Shown: piece after piece, positions 48,201 to 60,628 of the stretch
Position numbering within the stretch: position 1 is the stretch's first letter
Layout: every line of letters starts with the position of its first letter
Assembly: GCA_037447605.1 (NCBI GenBank)
Contig: CM074806.1
Coordinates: forward strand, 2,046,001 to 2,110,000
Direction of reading: 5' to 3'
Length of the DNA stretch: 64,000 nucleotides
From: Zygnema circumcarinatum SAG 698-1b
Taxonomy: Eukaryota > Plantae > Zygnematophyceae
Notes under the pieces: model-generated
Seen by the model: the letters and a program-made list of their open reading frames with translations, nothing else
Told to the model about the DNA's origin: nothing
Database searches by the model: none
Made by a program: the position numbers and the translations under genes

Positions 48201-51200
48201 CTTACAAACGCCGCCCACACCAAAAGCTGCGCCTGCGCTCGCACAGCGGCATCTTCCGAACCAAGAAAAAGGTGCATCAGAGGCAAGCAGTGCTGATAGA
48301 GTGGACCGGCATAAGTCCAGAGAGCGAATTTGCCGAAAACAGATGCAGGCACTGTGAGGGAGGCGGGCCCAGATGAGGGAGATAATGGCGCATGATAAGG
48401 GGTGGAGGGCATAATAGCCGCTGAGAGAATGGCAATGACACCGCGCTGGCGGATGAGGGGAAGCATCAAAGGGTCCTTTGGGAGCAGCTTGAAAGGGTCA
48501 AACCGGCAATCAGCTAGAGATTGAGGGATGCACCTCTGCACAAGGGGACAAGTGAGACAGGAAAGTACACTTGTAAACTGCACTAGCAACTTGGTATCAA
48601 ATGGTAAGAGGACAAGACCACCAAATGAAATAGTCTTTTTTGCCTGTCTAGGCCTGATGGCCTGACATTTCACAATAATTTAGCTGGAATACTGCCACAA
48701 ATTCTCGCTCTGCCAAGTTGTGCAGATTTTAAAGCGATTGCTTGACTCACCTGATAGCCAGCCAAAGCCGCAAGAACCTGAGCCTCGAGCAGTTCCCCTA
48801 GGGTCCTCTCCACACCTTCCTCATCCTTCATAACATCCCCAAGCTCGTCTGCCATCGCTTCGCCCTCCTGACCCTTCCTCAGAGAGTCTGTGACGTTCTT
48901 CTGAGTTGCCGATGCTTTAGCTCCCAGAGCTCCCTCCAACCTTTGAGCCTCATTTAGGTCAGAGACCGCATGCACGCCTCTTTCTCCAACTTCTCTTTCC
49001 TGGCTGTCTTGCTGTTGTGTCTCACCCCCTATTCCAGTACTTTGATCCCCACCACTCCATTCCCGTTTCCTGTTTGATGCAACCTTGTCTCCTTTTGTTG
49101 AAGACTTCCTCTTCAGCAACAAGTCATTTTCAAAGCGGTCAAGCGCTTTATTCAAAGCAATCAGAATTTGAGGGTCCGGAAGTAAGACCCGCAAAGTTTC
49201 ACTTATTGTCTGAGATAACTCTGCCCAGACAGACACTTTGACATCCGCGCCTTTCGGCTCAGCTGAATCTGTATGTGACTCCTCTATCTGCTGACCTTCG
49301 GATACCGAACTACCAACAAGTTCTCCAACTTCCAGACTGCCTCTCCAGATGTGGTTATCCGTGTGCCCAGCAGCTGAAGTCCTCCAAGAGTTCAGCTGTT
49401 CAAAAGGTTTTCTATTTTCAGAGCATTGTGATCGAATGGCCAGCTCCGCCAGAACCTTTTCCAAAGCATGAAGGGACTCCACCAACGCACAGACACATGC
49501 GTACTTCACAAGTGCACTTCCATGCTGCAGCCCCCTGCTAAGCGCTGCCTTGGGAAGGTTAGGAGGGCAAATCCGTCTATAGGCAGATCGAAACATAGGG
49601 CTATCAGCCGAAGGTCGCGAAATCACTGGTAATGAACTTGGAAACAGGGGAACCTCGGACGCAATTCGTATAAGTTGTGTAACAATCGTGATTGCAGCGA
49701 ACCTGGGCGCCCTCCCACATCCCCCACAACAGAAACATTAGGCAAAAAATCAGAAAGGAAGGAAAAACATCAGGGGTATCCAAGCCCAATCTGGGCCGGA
49801 TAAGGGATCCTAGCGTCTAGGATATCAATGTTTCCCCTCCACGCCAAATCCCCCTTCTCCATCCTCCTCCACGAGCAGAATATGCATGCCTGGGCGTCTA
49901 TTTGATATGTCAACAAAATTCCCGCACTTCCCCCAAACTACAAACATTCTTCAATTCTTTACTAAAAGGAAGCATGGAGACTTCATAACTGCATATACTT
50001 CCAAGGACATACAGTCGGTTCCATGCCAAACAAACAGAGCCAGCCATTCATCTACAAAGATGTTTATATTCTAGTTACCCAGATAATTCCGAAATATGGA
50101 CCTCGCAAAATGGCCTTAGCAAATGGAGACCTTCCCATATGCAAGGAGTCAAGGTGGGCAGTGTCCAAAACAAAGATGCGGGCAAGTTTTTGACAACGGC
50201 AGAAAAATAAAAACCCAGGCGTGGTACAGTTCACATAATAAACATTGATCTTCTTCTTCTTACTAGTGGCAGCACAGTAACTGAGCCTCACAGCGGTACA
50301 AGGAAGTGTCTGGGTGCGATGGTTCAGCTCCTACCAGCGTTCTGAAACGCGTGGCTCCAAAGAAAATGGGACTGAAGCAAGGTAGGTCCCTGCAAGAGCT
50401 GGTCGCATCTTCGCCGCAACCAATAGCAGCTCTGCATGCCGCTTAACCTCTGTGACTCGCAGCCTCAAAGAGAGGCGCAAAAGGCGCCCTAAGCCTCCTC
50501 TAGCGTCTTTCTCGACATGGCTATGGAGTCCAGCTTTCTGAAAATGCTCACTATCAGTATATGCAGCCGCTGCAGTTGGGTAAGGTGAAGGGGGCTGGGG
50601 TGAAGGAGTAGGGTGGCAGATGCCATGTGAAGGGTCAGTGAAGAGGGCAAGTAATATCCGATGAGCCAGTTGAGCTGCAGTTGTAACTGCGTCTGATTTG
50701 CCATCACCAAAGGCTGAAATCTTCATGATCTGTTCCACAGCGCCGTCACCAAAGAAGGCCCCCTGAACACAAGAGCAAGTACAAGGCCGCAAAGAGTGTA
50801 AGTGAAAAAGGTCATTCTCAGTCCATCTGAAGTTTGCACACAAAGGTCATCAGGTGTCAAAAAGAGAACAGGAAGGCAATGAGCTTCGGAAGGTTTGTTC
50901 TGCAGTCTCAATAGGTTCAACCATGAAAGCGTGTGGCATTAATTGTGAGATATGCCCTTTATCGCCCGAAATTGCATGTGCGAATCCTTGGCGAGAAGTT
51001 GACAGTAAGCAGCACACTAAAATATGAACTCTGCTACATACGTCCTCGAGCCCTTTATGCCCAGAGAACGTGCTCACTAATCTACTTACCTATACACCTC
51101 AGTGATTTAGTTATGCACATAATGACTGACGAGGACGAGCCCATGCACCTGTTCTCAAATCCGATGTGAGCTTCAGGAGTCCGCTTCCCAGTAACAAGGT

Positions 51201-54015
51201 TCGTTTGACATACCTGCAATCCACGTGGTACTCCAGTACTGGCTGCCATGACCCGCCCCCTCAGCACCTTCAGGAATCGTAGAATGATGATTGGATGGTC
51301 TGTCGCAAGGCTGTGTAAAATCGCCGTGAAGAAAGTTCTCTTCTGCAATACAGACCTTACTACGGCGGGATCTCCCACAACTAGAAATGAAAGTGCAAAG
51401 TCAACGTAGAAGACTCTAGTTGGGTGAGCCAAGGAATTAACCGTGCCAGTTTTATCAGGTAATATCTTCTCCTTCAATGGTTGCACGTTACTGACTGTTT
51501 CCAAGACTGCAGCATCAAAAACTAGATTGTGGCCTAAAATCATGCTGGGTGGTGGAACAAAATCTTCTTGAACGGGAGATACTTTGTGACTTTGCCGCGG
51601 CTGGGCTGCAATCTTCGGCAGGGCTGCAAGGTTGAAGTCAAAAGTGGCCGCTAGCTCTCGCGCCGATACTTTACTCCTCGAAGCTATGGAGGTGAGGAGG
51701 ATGAGAACAGAGTTGACTCGGTTCCGCTGTCCTGACGACAAGTGCGAGTATAGGACCCGCATATGCTTTTGACAAATGGCATGAGCCAGCTCATTGATCC
51801 ACGCTACCCCTGCTGCCCTAAAGCAATGCAGAATAAAGAGGGCACAAGAACATGGGCAAAGCAAAAATAACGACTGTCAGGGTGGTGGAGCAGGAACCAG
51901 TGAGTTCGACACCATTCTTCTGAACCTCGGATTTCAGCAATATGAACGCAAAACAAAGAAGAAGATCAGGAAATTCTCCTCTGAGGCTATGCATTATTAC
52001 AGGATGGAATCTATGGAACAGAGAAAAAGGTCATAGCGGGTCCTAGGAAGCTAGCCTAAGGGAGACCGTAACCGCAAAATAATCCAAAATACAAAATAAT
52101 ACATAATACAAAATCTTATCGTCAAGTTAACTGGCTTTACTACAACAAAAAATAAATGGATTTTCCTCCACCAGTGACAAGGTGCAGCAGAGAGGATCAG
52201 CTCCATGCTAATGTTGAACCTCGAACTTTAACATTGAACCTCCATATCAATAGGCATACTGGCACTTTCTACCAAACACATTCTACTCCCACGATCGCAA
52301 AAAAAATCTCGCAATTGCATGGTAGATTGTTACTTTTCTAGTATCCTCTTGTCTATGTGTTTGAAATGGCATTATTGTCTAATGCATTTGCATGGAGTTC
52401 GCTGGACATGGTCCTCTCATGTAGAGGAAGGAATTGGCAAGATGCAAGCCACGCTTTCGACTGAAAGCCACGCTAAATATAAAACATAAACTAATTGGCA
52501 ATCATCAGCCATAAATACACAGCCATTCGTTTATCCATACTCGACAGAAGGAGTACCTTACTTTTCAGATCCTGGAGGTTGAGACAATTGAGGAGCCATC
52601 AACGCAGAAGGATGTCGAATCAGATCCGTCAAAAGTAGAACAAGCATAGTAGAGATCTGCATCGCCAAACGCCATGTCTCCAAAGGTCAATTTCAGAAAG
52701 GGCAATAAGTTTGATGACGTCCGTATTAGAAATATGAGAAACAAACAAAATAAACATCCATAAAATCCTTCTGTAAAACACTGTTAAGTTTTGTGTCAGA
52801 GTCTTGAACGTAAATGTCTATTAGATGCTTCATTCAAAAACTTGCGTACGGCCGGAGCGAAAAGAAGTCCAAGGCAGGTCCGTTTGTTTCGAGTTAACAA
52901 GGTCCCAGAATTTTCACTCAAACCTAGCCAAGTTAAACAGAAATAAGACGGCTGATAATAGGCAAGAAAACTTAATTTTACTTTGAATGCTGACACTGCG
53001 CACTTAGACCCCACAAGGTTTAACGCAGCCTCACTGAGTGGATTCCTTCGTACGAAGCAGAAAGCTAGCCGTACCTAACTGACAGCTATCCGGGTTCAAA
53101 GATTGAAAATCTGAACATATCATTCCTCAGGTCCAGATTAAGGAATTCCTGTCCGGACTTTAAATTATGATTAACTGCAATCATAGAACGATATGTTACG
53201 AATAACGAGGCTAAAAAAAAAAAGATTTTGGAAAGGTGCTATAACAGCAGCTAACTAGACGTAAAAGAACTGGAAAGTATTTAAGTTTTATAATAGCAGC
53301 CCTGTCCGCTCAACTTTTTATGTAGAAAAGAGAGGAAAGTGACCGATTAAGTTATGTTTTTTATCCAAAATACTTCTACGATCTTCTATTAATACAGCCA
53401 TTATGTTGCTTGAATGCAAAGGCACGTTTATACCTTCATTGCAATAGAAGAATGCTGCAACTCCCAGAGCTGAAGTAAATCTCCCCACTGAGGAGAAATT
53501 AATTTGTACTCTAAAAGTATTTCCCAGCTGTCGGGCCTCTTTAAAAAATATCGAAATAGAGCCAGAGCTGCCAGTTGTCGTTCTGAGTCGTTGCTCGCCA
53601 GAGCAGCGTGAAGATTTTTTGCCAGTTCAGCAGCAGGGGCGTCGGCTTCAGCAAGCTCAGCCTCATGACCTTGAAGCTCCTTATCCTCCTTATCTCCAGA
53701 CTCTCCACTTCCAATTGCGTCCTCACGTTCAGTTGCTTCCATCACGACTTCATCTTCACCCGAACCACCCTCATCTCCAGATTCTCCTTGACCAGAATCC
53801 GTGTCATGTTCATCTTCTCTTCCCTCATCCTCTTGACCTTCAGGTGCTCCAAGTCCACCACCGTCGTCAAGCGCTGTCTCTTCGTCTTCATCTCCATCCT
53901 CAGCTTCTTCATCAGCATAATCTTCAAATGTTGCACTGATTTCTGCTTCGTCTTCGCCGTTCTCTTCCCCAATTCCTCCTTCCCCTTCCTCCCAAATATC
54001 CTCCGCCGCAGCCAT
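45240..54015 (-). CDS. URB1: Nucleolar pre-ribosomal-associated protein 1 (URB1/Npa1), ~1,800 aa visible, running into the gap
   Basis: Phase-consistent exons 54015-53434, 52656-52562, 51817-51214, 50762-50335, 49702-48751, 48535-47857, 47482-47319 and 47188-45240(gap). Npa1-domain motifs: ELAHAICQKHMRVLYSHLSS, ARELAATFDF, PTRVFYVDFALSFLVVGDPAVVRSVL, LLALFTDPSHGI, LRVTEVKRHAELLL..RPALAGTYL..PFSLEPRVSERWFAAI, ICPPNLPKAALSRGLQH..LVK. The N-terminus is acidic. Confidence 0.88.
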
Positions 54016-54571
54016 GACGGCGGCGCAGCTCTCTTTCTTCTCCTCTGAAAAAGAGATCAGTTGCTCGCCAAAAAGAACAGGCGTTGCACCGCTGCCAGGG
54101 CCGCGCCCTTCTGTGTGGCCGTACAGGTTACACTCTAACCTGTACGGTCCGAGCGTACTACAGTCCGTCCGTGCGTGTCTGCGCGTAACTTGTACTTTAG
54201 GGCTGCTGCGCAGTGAAAGCAGTCGGCTGCCGCATGCAAAGGGCGCTCAGTGCTGGCCAGGGCAGGGCAGTGCTTTCTCGACCCTTTTGCCATCTGTGTT
54301 TCGCACTCTGTATGCAAAATGTAGAATTTAGAGTGCAGAGTGAATAGTTTGAAAACTAGCTTTCTACAGTTTTCTACATCGTACATCGTACATCGTGCAT
54401 TCTGCATACAGTGGGGGGTCCTCGTATTTACCACCCCAAGGAGTGCGTCCTCAATATTTTCGCCCCAATTTTGCCGAAACCACTTTTTTGTACGGTAACT
54501 TGTGTTAGCCGTACTGTTCGTACTGTTCGTACTGTCCGTTCTGTCCGTACTATCTGTACTAGCCGTTACGG

Positions 54572-54790
54572 TGTAGCGTAACGGAGCTGCGTTCGGCGGA
54601 TCCGCGTCCGTTCAGTTGTACTTGACATAGGCCTCTTCCGTGTCGCGGATCAGCGGAATCCAGGAGCTGCCAACGGAGATTAAGAGAAGGCGGCGCCATG
54701 CGTTGGCGGCCCACGGAACGGCACACCATCCAGCAAGGCGCACTCGGAAGCGCCGCAAGATGCCGCCGATTGTCATCAGTTGACCTATCC
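54572..54790 (+). repeat. 5' LTR (partial, ends in a 10-N gap at 54791-54800)
   Basis: Starts TGTAGCG and aligns by eye to 59649-59850 at roughly three-quarters identity. Confidence 0.75.
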
Positions 54791-54800
54791 NNNNNNNNNN

Positions 54801-55182
54801 ACCCGAAGAGAGAGAAGCTGCCAGGGCCGATCTGCGCCGTCGGATGACAGAGGCAGGGGTTCCAGAGGGCGTTTGCCTTGCCTGCGGCCTGAATCACAAT
54901 CCGCGGCTGCGTTGTGGACCATGGACCTGCACCTTCTGCCAGATCACGGGACATGATGCCCGTGTATGCATGGGCTCTAGAGTGGGCAGCCGGAAGGGAA
55001 AGCGGCAGCAGGAACTCACCTGCGAGATCACCTTCATGGATGTGTCAGATGCTCCCACACCACCGGAGCACCGGCTGCCTCATTCCCGCCTCCACCTCCC
55101 TACACCCGCTTACACCATCCTGCGCGGCACCTGCTGTCCATCTCCACCGTCAGAACTGCCTTCCCTGTCAAACATCCTTTAG
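54801..55182 (+). pseudogene. Gag C-terminal fragment with two zinc knuckles
   Basis: The frame is open from the gap: PEEREAARADLRRRMTEAGVPEGV-CLACGLNHNPRLRC (54874-54915, CX2CX3HX5C)-GPWT-CTFCQITGHDARVC (54928-54969, canonical CX2CX4HX4C). Stops and frameshifts follow downstream. Confidence 0.8.
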
Positions 55183-55914
55183 GTCCTGAGACCGACCTGC
55201 TCCGTCACGCGATGATGCCCAGGTTGCCGCGGCATTTCAACCAAGCTTGTCCGGATCCCCCATCAGCTTCGCACCGATTCTCAAGCCCGGATCAGAGTTG
55301 CAGGCTGCCCTCAAGGGCTCCCTGTGGCCGAAGCGATCCTCATTCTCATCCCCTACCATTCCTCCTGCCGTGTCGACGCACCAGTCCCTCGGGCACGGCT
55401 CCACGGTCGCGCCCACCTCTCCGAAGAACTTCAGGTCATCCCCTCCCTTCACGGGTCATCTCCCTTGGGATCCCTCCTGAGGAGGAAATTGAAGATCTCG
55501 ATGAAGGAGCGGCAGCGGGCGGCCGGAGACCGACGCCACCGCAGAGGGGAAGATGCACGTCGGGCCCTCCACATCGTGTCGGGCGCCGTTTACCCCCAGG
55601 AGGCCGAGATGGACCACCCCCCAGGCGGACGGCCTCTGCTGCGACGCGTCGTTCATCGCTCATGGAGACAAGGCCTAGGGATCGGCATGCTTGTCAGCAG
55701 TTGATGCGGCTCTGTACCCAGCTCCTGCCGCCGTGAGTTCGAAGGCCGGGCGGCAAGGGGAAGCCACCTGCGGCCTCCCACGTATGGGCCACCTCCGGGC
55801 GTCCTCGCCGGCGGTGTCCACCACATGGCTCCGGCGTCTCCTCCGCACCCAGTCCGCTCCCCTCGCCATCCTGCTCGCCAGATTCAGATCCTCCCTCCCA
55901 TCCCAACGCCCAAC

Positions 55915-56250
55915 GTGCGGATCATTGTCAATGTATGGCTCAACGGTCATCCCAGCAAAGCCATGATCGACACGGGGGCTATGCGCACAGTTCTGTCCAA
56001 GCCTGTGATGAAGGCTGCAGGGGTTAAGTTGGACAAGACACTTGAGCCCATTCCCCGATATGTGGGGGTTGAAGGGAGCTTACATGAAGGATTGGGCAGC
56101 GCCCAAGTGGTCATCAGTCTTGGCGAGATGGGAGCCACAGTGAATGCAGTCATCACGGCCGCTGAACACTATTCTATCCTCCTGGGCTCAAATTGGCTCA
56201 TCGCGATGGGAGCACAAATCAACTTTGCTACATGTGGCTGCACTTGTCTG
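55915..56250 (+). pseudogene. Retropepsin-type aspartic protease domain
   Basis: VRIIVNVWLNGHPSKAMIDTGAMRTVLS (DTG at 55969-55977)...YSILLGSNWLIAMGAQINF, within ORF 55825-56403. Confidence 0.9.
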
Positions 56251-57791
56251 CTGGCGGGGCAGAATCTCTCCCGTCATCCTCAAGTCCCTCACCACCTCCG
56301 CCTTCCCCAAGCGCCACGCCACGGCGCAGGTCTCCTACCCGGAGATCACCATGTACCATTCGGTCGGCAGCTCCCATTCTTCTTATGGATCGGCCAATTC
56401 TGATACCGATGACGAGACTCCCCCTCCTGCTCCTCCGAGTCCAGCTCTCGGTGCGCCGACGGAAGAACTGTTGCCGCCAGTGATACCTGCACCCAGCTTT
56501 CCCCCCCATGAGACCATCAGTGATGAGGAGTGGCTGGAAATGTGAGAAAGGCAGATCCGATTGAGCATCAGAGTGCTTCTCTCTAAGACCCAATGCAGCA
56601 TTCTCAACTGCGCAATGCTGCCGCCAAAATCACCTCCATTTGACAGCAACAGTCACTCGACTGGCCAGACTCACCTTCGTTCAACACCCACATTATGGAT
56701 AAGGATGATCTCCAGTGATAACCCTAACCTCCACTTCCGCCAGCGCGGCGGCGATGGAGCGAGCGATGGCGAGGGAGCAGTGATCCGATTTGATGAAGCA
56801 CGAAGAAGGATGAGCCAGCCAGGCGTTTGGCCGGATGGCACACTCTCCCATGCAAACTCAGAAACTGAATGCGTAGAATGGGATCTGTACATCCAGGATC
56901 TGATTCCTGACTCTCAGCATCTCCCCCTGATAACCGATGGTTCTGGCACGTGACATGCGGGAATCCTCTGGCGGTGCCCAGCTGCGGCAGGCCGAGTCGC
57001 CTGCAGGGCGGGCTGCGCACGCGCCACACGCTCGTGAGTGGGCAGTCTCCTTCAGCTCGGGGAATAACCAGTTAAGGGCCTGGCCGCCCAGGGGCTCGCG
57101 GCCACTGCTCACATTTCTGCGACCTTCGTGGATGATGCCTCCCTCAGCGAGGGCTGGGCCTCACCTGACATCTTGGCAAGAGTCCTGCGGCAGCTCATAG
57201 CATGCAGCGCTGAAGATTGCACCCAGAAGTCCAAATGGGGCCGTCAGAGATCACTCATCTGAGCACCGCCCTGGCATAGCCTGAAACCATCACTCAACAA
57301 GGATTGGAAGCAATTGCTCTGGATTCACAGGTACCCTGGCTCAGAGTCCTTCTTGGGGCTCACTTCCTTTCTCTCACCGGTTCATCAGCAGCTGTTTCGT
57401 CATCCATTGTTGGAGAAGCCGGAGTGGATGGGATGAACGAGGCGCAGATTTGACTGCCACGCTCGGGAGTGCCTATGAGGCTGCTTGTCTGCCATGATTG
57501 CCTGCAGCCCGTGATTGGCTGGCTGAAGTAGACGGGATTGGCGGCAGTGGCGGTCAGGCTCAGGTTCCTGGATGGAACACCGGTCTAGGTTGCCTGGCGG
57601 GATTCCTTAGAAGGGGATCAGGTAAGTCCTGCTGGCAGGAGGCCGCAGCTGTTTCCTGCTGGGCCCTAAGAAGTTCAGGCCCACACTCCAGAGCAGGTAT
57701 CATGCGGGGATGACCACATGCCCCCTCCACCTGGCTGGCATGAGTGGCCTCCCTCCCAGCACAGTGTGCACGATGGTGTGGTGATGAAGGG

Positions 57792-59612
57792 TGTAATGTC
57801 TTAAGGTCACTCACGTCAGCGTAGTCACGGGCGTCCTAGTGGCCTCGGTCAGCAATCCCTCAACTCCTCCTCCTGTGCAGCGATGCGGCGTCTAAAACCC
57901 ATCCCTCCACCCACCCTCCTGAACCCTGAGCAACTCCCATGAGATTTTTATTGCCTCTGAGCCCTCATGATTACCTGGGATCCGCTGGTCGTGTTATCGC
58001 AGCGCACCTCCATCGCTAGGAGGACCCTGGGCTTAGCCACAGCCACCCATGGGTCAGGTGGGCCCATCATGGATGGCGATGGCGCTCCCCTTGCTTCCTC
58101 CCCGGTTCCCCCCACGCCAATGACGTCCATTCAGACTCCTCCCTTCTACGCTACGTCATGACCGCACCGTACCCCATTTATCACGGACACCGAGAAAGAC
58201 TCGCTGCTCGCCGCTATGGAACTTCTCTGTTTGATGATGACGGGCAGATCCTGTGCCTTCCCCCTCTGGCCTTGCTGTTTTTTCCCCGATAAACGCATCG
58301 AAATTCTCGGGTGGGCGGGTCAGGCACAGCGGGTTCCACTGGCCAGAAGAAGGGGTGGTCGCCCTCCTCCAGAGCGCTGTTGTGGCCCGGCTGGCGGCGC
58401 GGTGAGCCGCTACATGGAAATGCCTCGTCCAGCGCGCGAGCGCTTATCTCCCCAGGACCATCGTCCCCTGGAGTCAATGAGATCCCCATGCGGCGTCGAA
58501 ATTGGAACGTGGCGCCTTTTCTATCCCCGGCTCGGCACCCCTGCTGGCTGCATTCGAGATCTTGTCACGTGAATAGATACACCAAGTGGGTGAGGGTTCG
58601 CTGCGGAATCTAAGCATTGCCGTCCACTGCAGCGCCTCCTGGCGGCCAGCACCGCCACTCTCTCTCCTCTCTGTCACTATGGCGATGGCACCGATGCGGC
58701 GGGCGTTTGCGAGGCTGTATGCGGGCTTCGGCGTCATCACCACACCTCTGGCCCCTCCTCCAGTGAAGGAATGGGCTGCGGAGCGTGCACTGCGCGCCGG
58801 CGGATGCGCTCGTCGCGGCTGCCCCCGAACTCGAGGCGGGAAGCTGGCGCGGAGGTCATCCTCCCTGGTCTCCACGTGCAACACCTTCGTTCACCTGCTC
58901 CACAGGCTTCTCTCCTGCGAGCTCCTCTATGGCCGTGAGCCACCGCATCCCCTGACCTCCTCTCTGCCTCGGCCCCTCTTCCCCGATGGCACGCCTCCCG
59001 GTCGGGTCATCCCAGCTTGAGCTCCTGGGCCTCCGCTCCAAACCCTAGGATTCCATGGCCTCCCACCACCTCGACCGAGCGCACAGACGACAACTCACCG
59101 TCTTTGGGAGGCGCCGACGTGCTGCTCTTCCGCCCAATCAGGTAGCGCCACATCAGCTCTTTTGGCTCAGGAATCTTGCCAAACCTACTCCACGGGCTTT
59201 TCCGTGGTTGGGCCCCTTCATTTGTGTCGGTTCGTCGGAGATCCCGGGTTGTGGGCCATCGTTTCGGAAGGCCGGACTCTAGTGTGGAAGGCGCCGGGCG
59301 GGTCGCGTCACATTGGTTTGACATTCGTATAGGCGTGAGCGGTCCCTCCCCCGCAATGGTGGGCATTTTCCGACCGCGCGGCCTCCTGCGTCTCCTGCCT
59401 GGCGACTCCTAATTCAGTCATTTCTAATTCCCGCGCCGTGTCCTCCGCCACTTTGCCCCTCGCCCACATCGCCCGGCCAGAGGATGTTGCTTGATAAATC
59501 CTCGGATCTCCAATTGCAAACCCGCGGCAGCTTCTTCACAGCGGGACTCAGCAGCTCAGGTCCACATCATCATTGGCTCCTCCGCTGCCTTTTGTCTGTT
59601 TTCTCATTAACA
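57792..59612. mobile_element. Candidate nested 1.8-kb solo LTR or short-TIR element
   Basis: Begins TGTAATG after a purine tract and ends CATTAACA (imperfect terminal inverted repeat). It is flanked by GG on both sides. No second copy is present in the window and no recognisable coding domain was found. Confidence 0.4.
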
Positions 59613-59648
59613 GGCAGGGGCATGCTTGTTTCCCCCAGCGTGTGTGGG

Positions 59649-60628
59649 TGTGGCGTGGCAAGGGCTGCGTTGGCGGCGGGTCCCAGTAGGTTAGCTGTCT
59701 TGACATAGGCCTCTGGTGGATCAGCGGAATGCGGGAACAGGGCGGAGATGAGGAGCGCGGCGCATCGTGGCGGCCCGCGGACGGCGCACCATCCGGCGCG
59801 GCGCACTCGAAGCGCCAGAGTGCCGCCCGATTGTCCATCGTGACCTGCCAAAGGCTCCACGTAGTCCATCGGGCCTCTGCGGGGCGGTTAGCCCATCAAG
59901 ATTCCACCTGCTTGAGCTCAACTCAGTGTTAAGTAGATGGGATGTCGGTGATGCTTTTTTGTCTTTTAGTAGCTGGGCTTAGTATTTGTATTTGCTGTGT
60001 AGTTTGTTGTCTTGTTCTTCTTTCTTCTTTTACCTTCCTCTTCCATTGCGGCGGCAGATGCTAGTAAGAGAGAGAGAGAGAGAGAGAGAGTTTTCATGCC
60101 ATAGATAGAGAGAGAGAGAAAGAGTCTTTATTTCCTGATAGCATTTAGATCCAGTACAACCCATTTAAAGCAGAGATTTCAATGAGAAGACAATTTCATT
60201 GTAATGACATTGCCGAGCCAGCTCACAAACAAATGAGCTCCAAAATACCACCTTTATCTAAGTTGTGTATATTTTACCCTCTGCTGTCACTATGCCAAGC
60301 CCCTATCTTGTCTGTCCTACCTTCATGTTCTCAATGACCAATGATCACTAGAAGCCTAGCTAAGGAGACTCAGGGAGAAGGGACGGGGAGGAGGGTTCCC
60401 CAAGGAAGGGCTATTTGCAACATCAGGGTCCGCGGCCGCTCGTGGGAGACCTTCGGGTCCCACGTCTGGCTGCGCGTACCTCTGAATCCCCCGGATCCCG
60501 CTCTGCTGCTGCGCGCGACCCGCGGCACCACCCCGACCCTGCGTCAGTCGCACGGACGCGCGAGTGGCGACGGCACCTGCGGCTGGCTCGGCGGTCTTTG
60601 TTTAACCCCACTTATCTTGTGCTAGACA
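59649..60628 (+). repeat. 3' LTR (~980 bp), contains a (GA)n tract at ~60067-60120
   Basis: Starts TGTGGCG after ...tgtgtggg and ends ...cttgtgctagaCA. Host MITE sequence resumes immediately after. Confidence 0.75.

Larger units (their letters stand above)
54572..60628 (+). mobile_element. Degenerate LTR retroelement (Ty3/Gypsy-like) with gag zinc knuckles and protease, no recognisable RT/RNaseH/integrase
   Basis: Ends are TG...CA. The 5' LTR (54572 to the gap at 54791) aligns with the 3' LTR start at 59649, sharing gctgcgtt, cttgacataggcctct, ggatcagcggaat, caccatcc, ggcgcactcg and gattgtc. The flanks reconstitute the host MITE. Confidence 0.8.

Noticed and set aside
57900-59400. ORFs of 90-144 aa on both strands inside the LTR element
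   Set aside because: GC-rich, overlapping, with no RT, RNase H, integrase, recombinase or env motif recognised.
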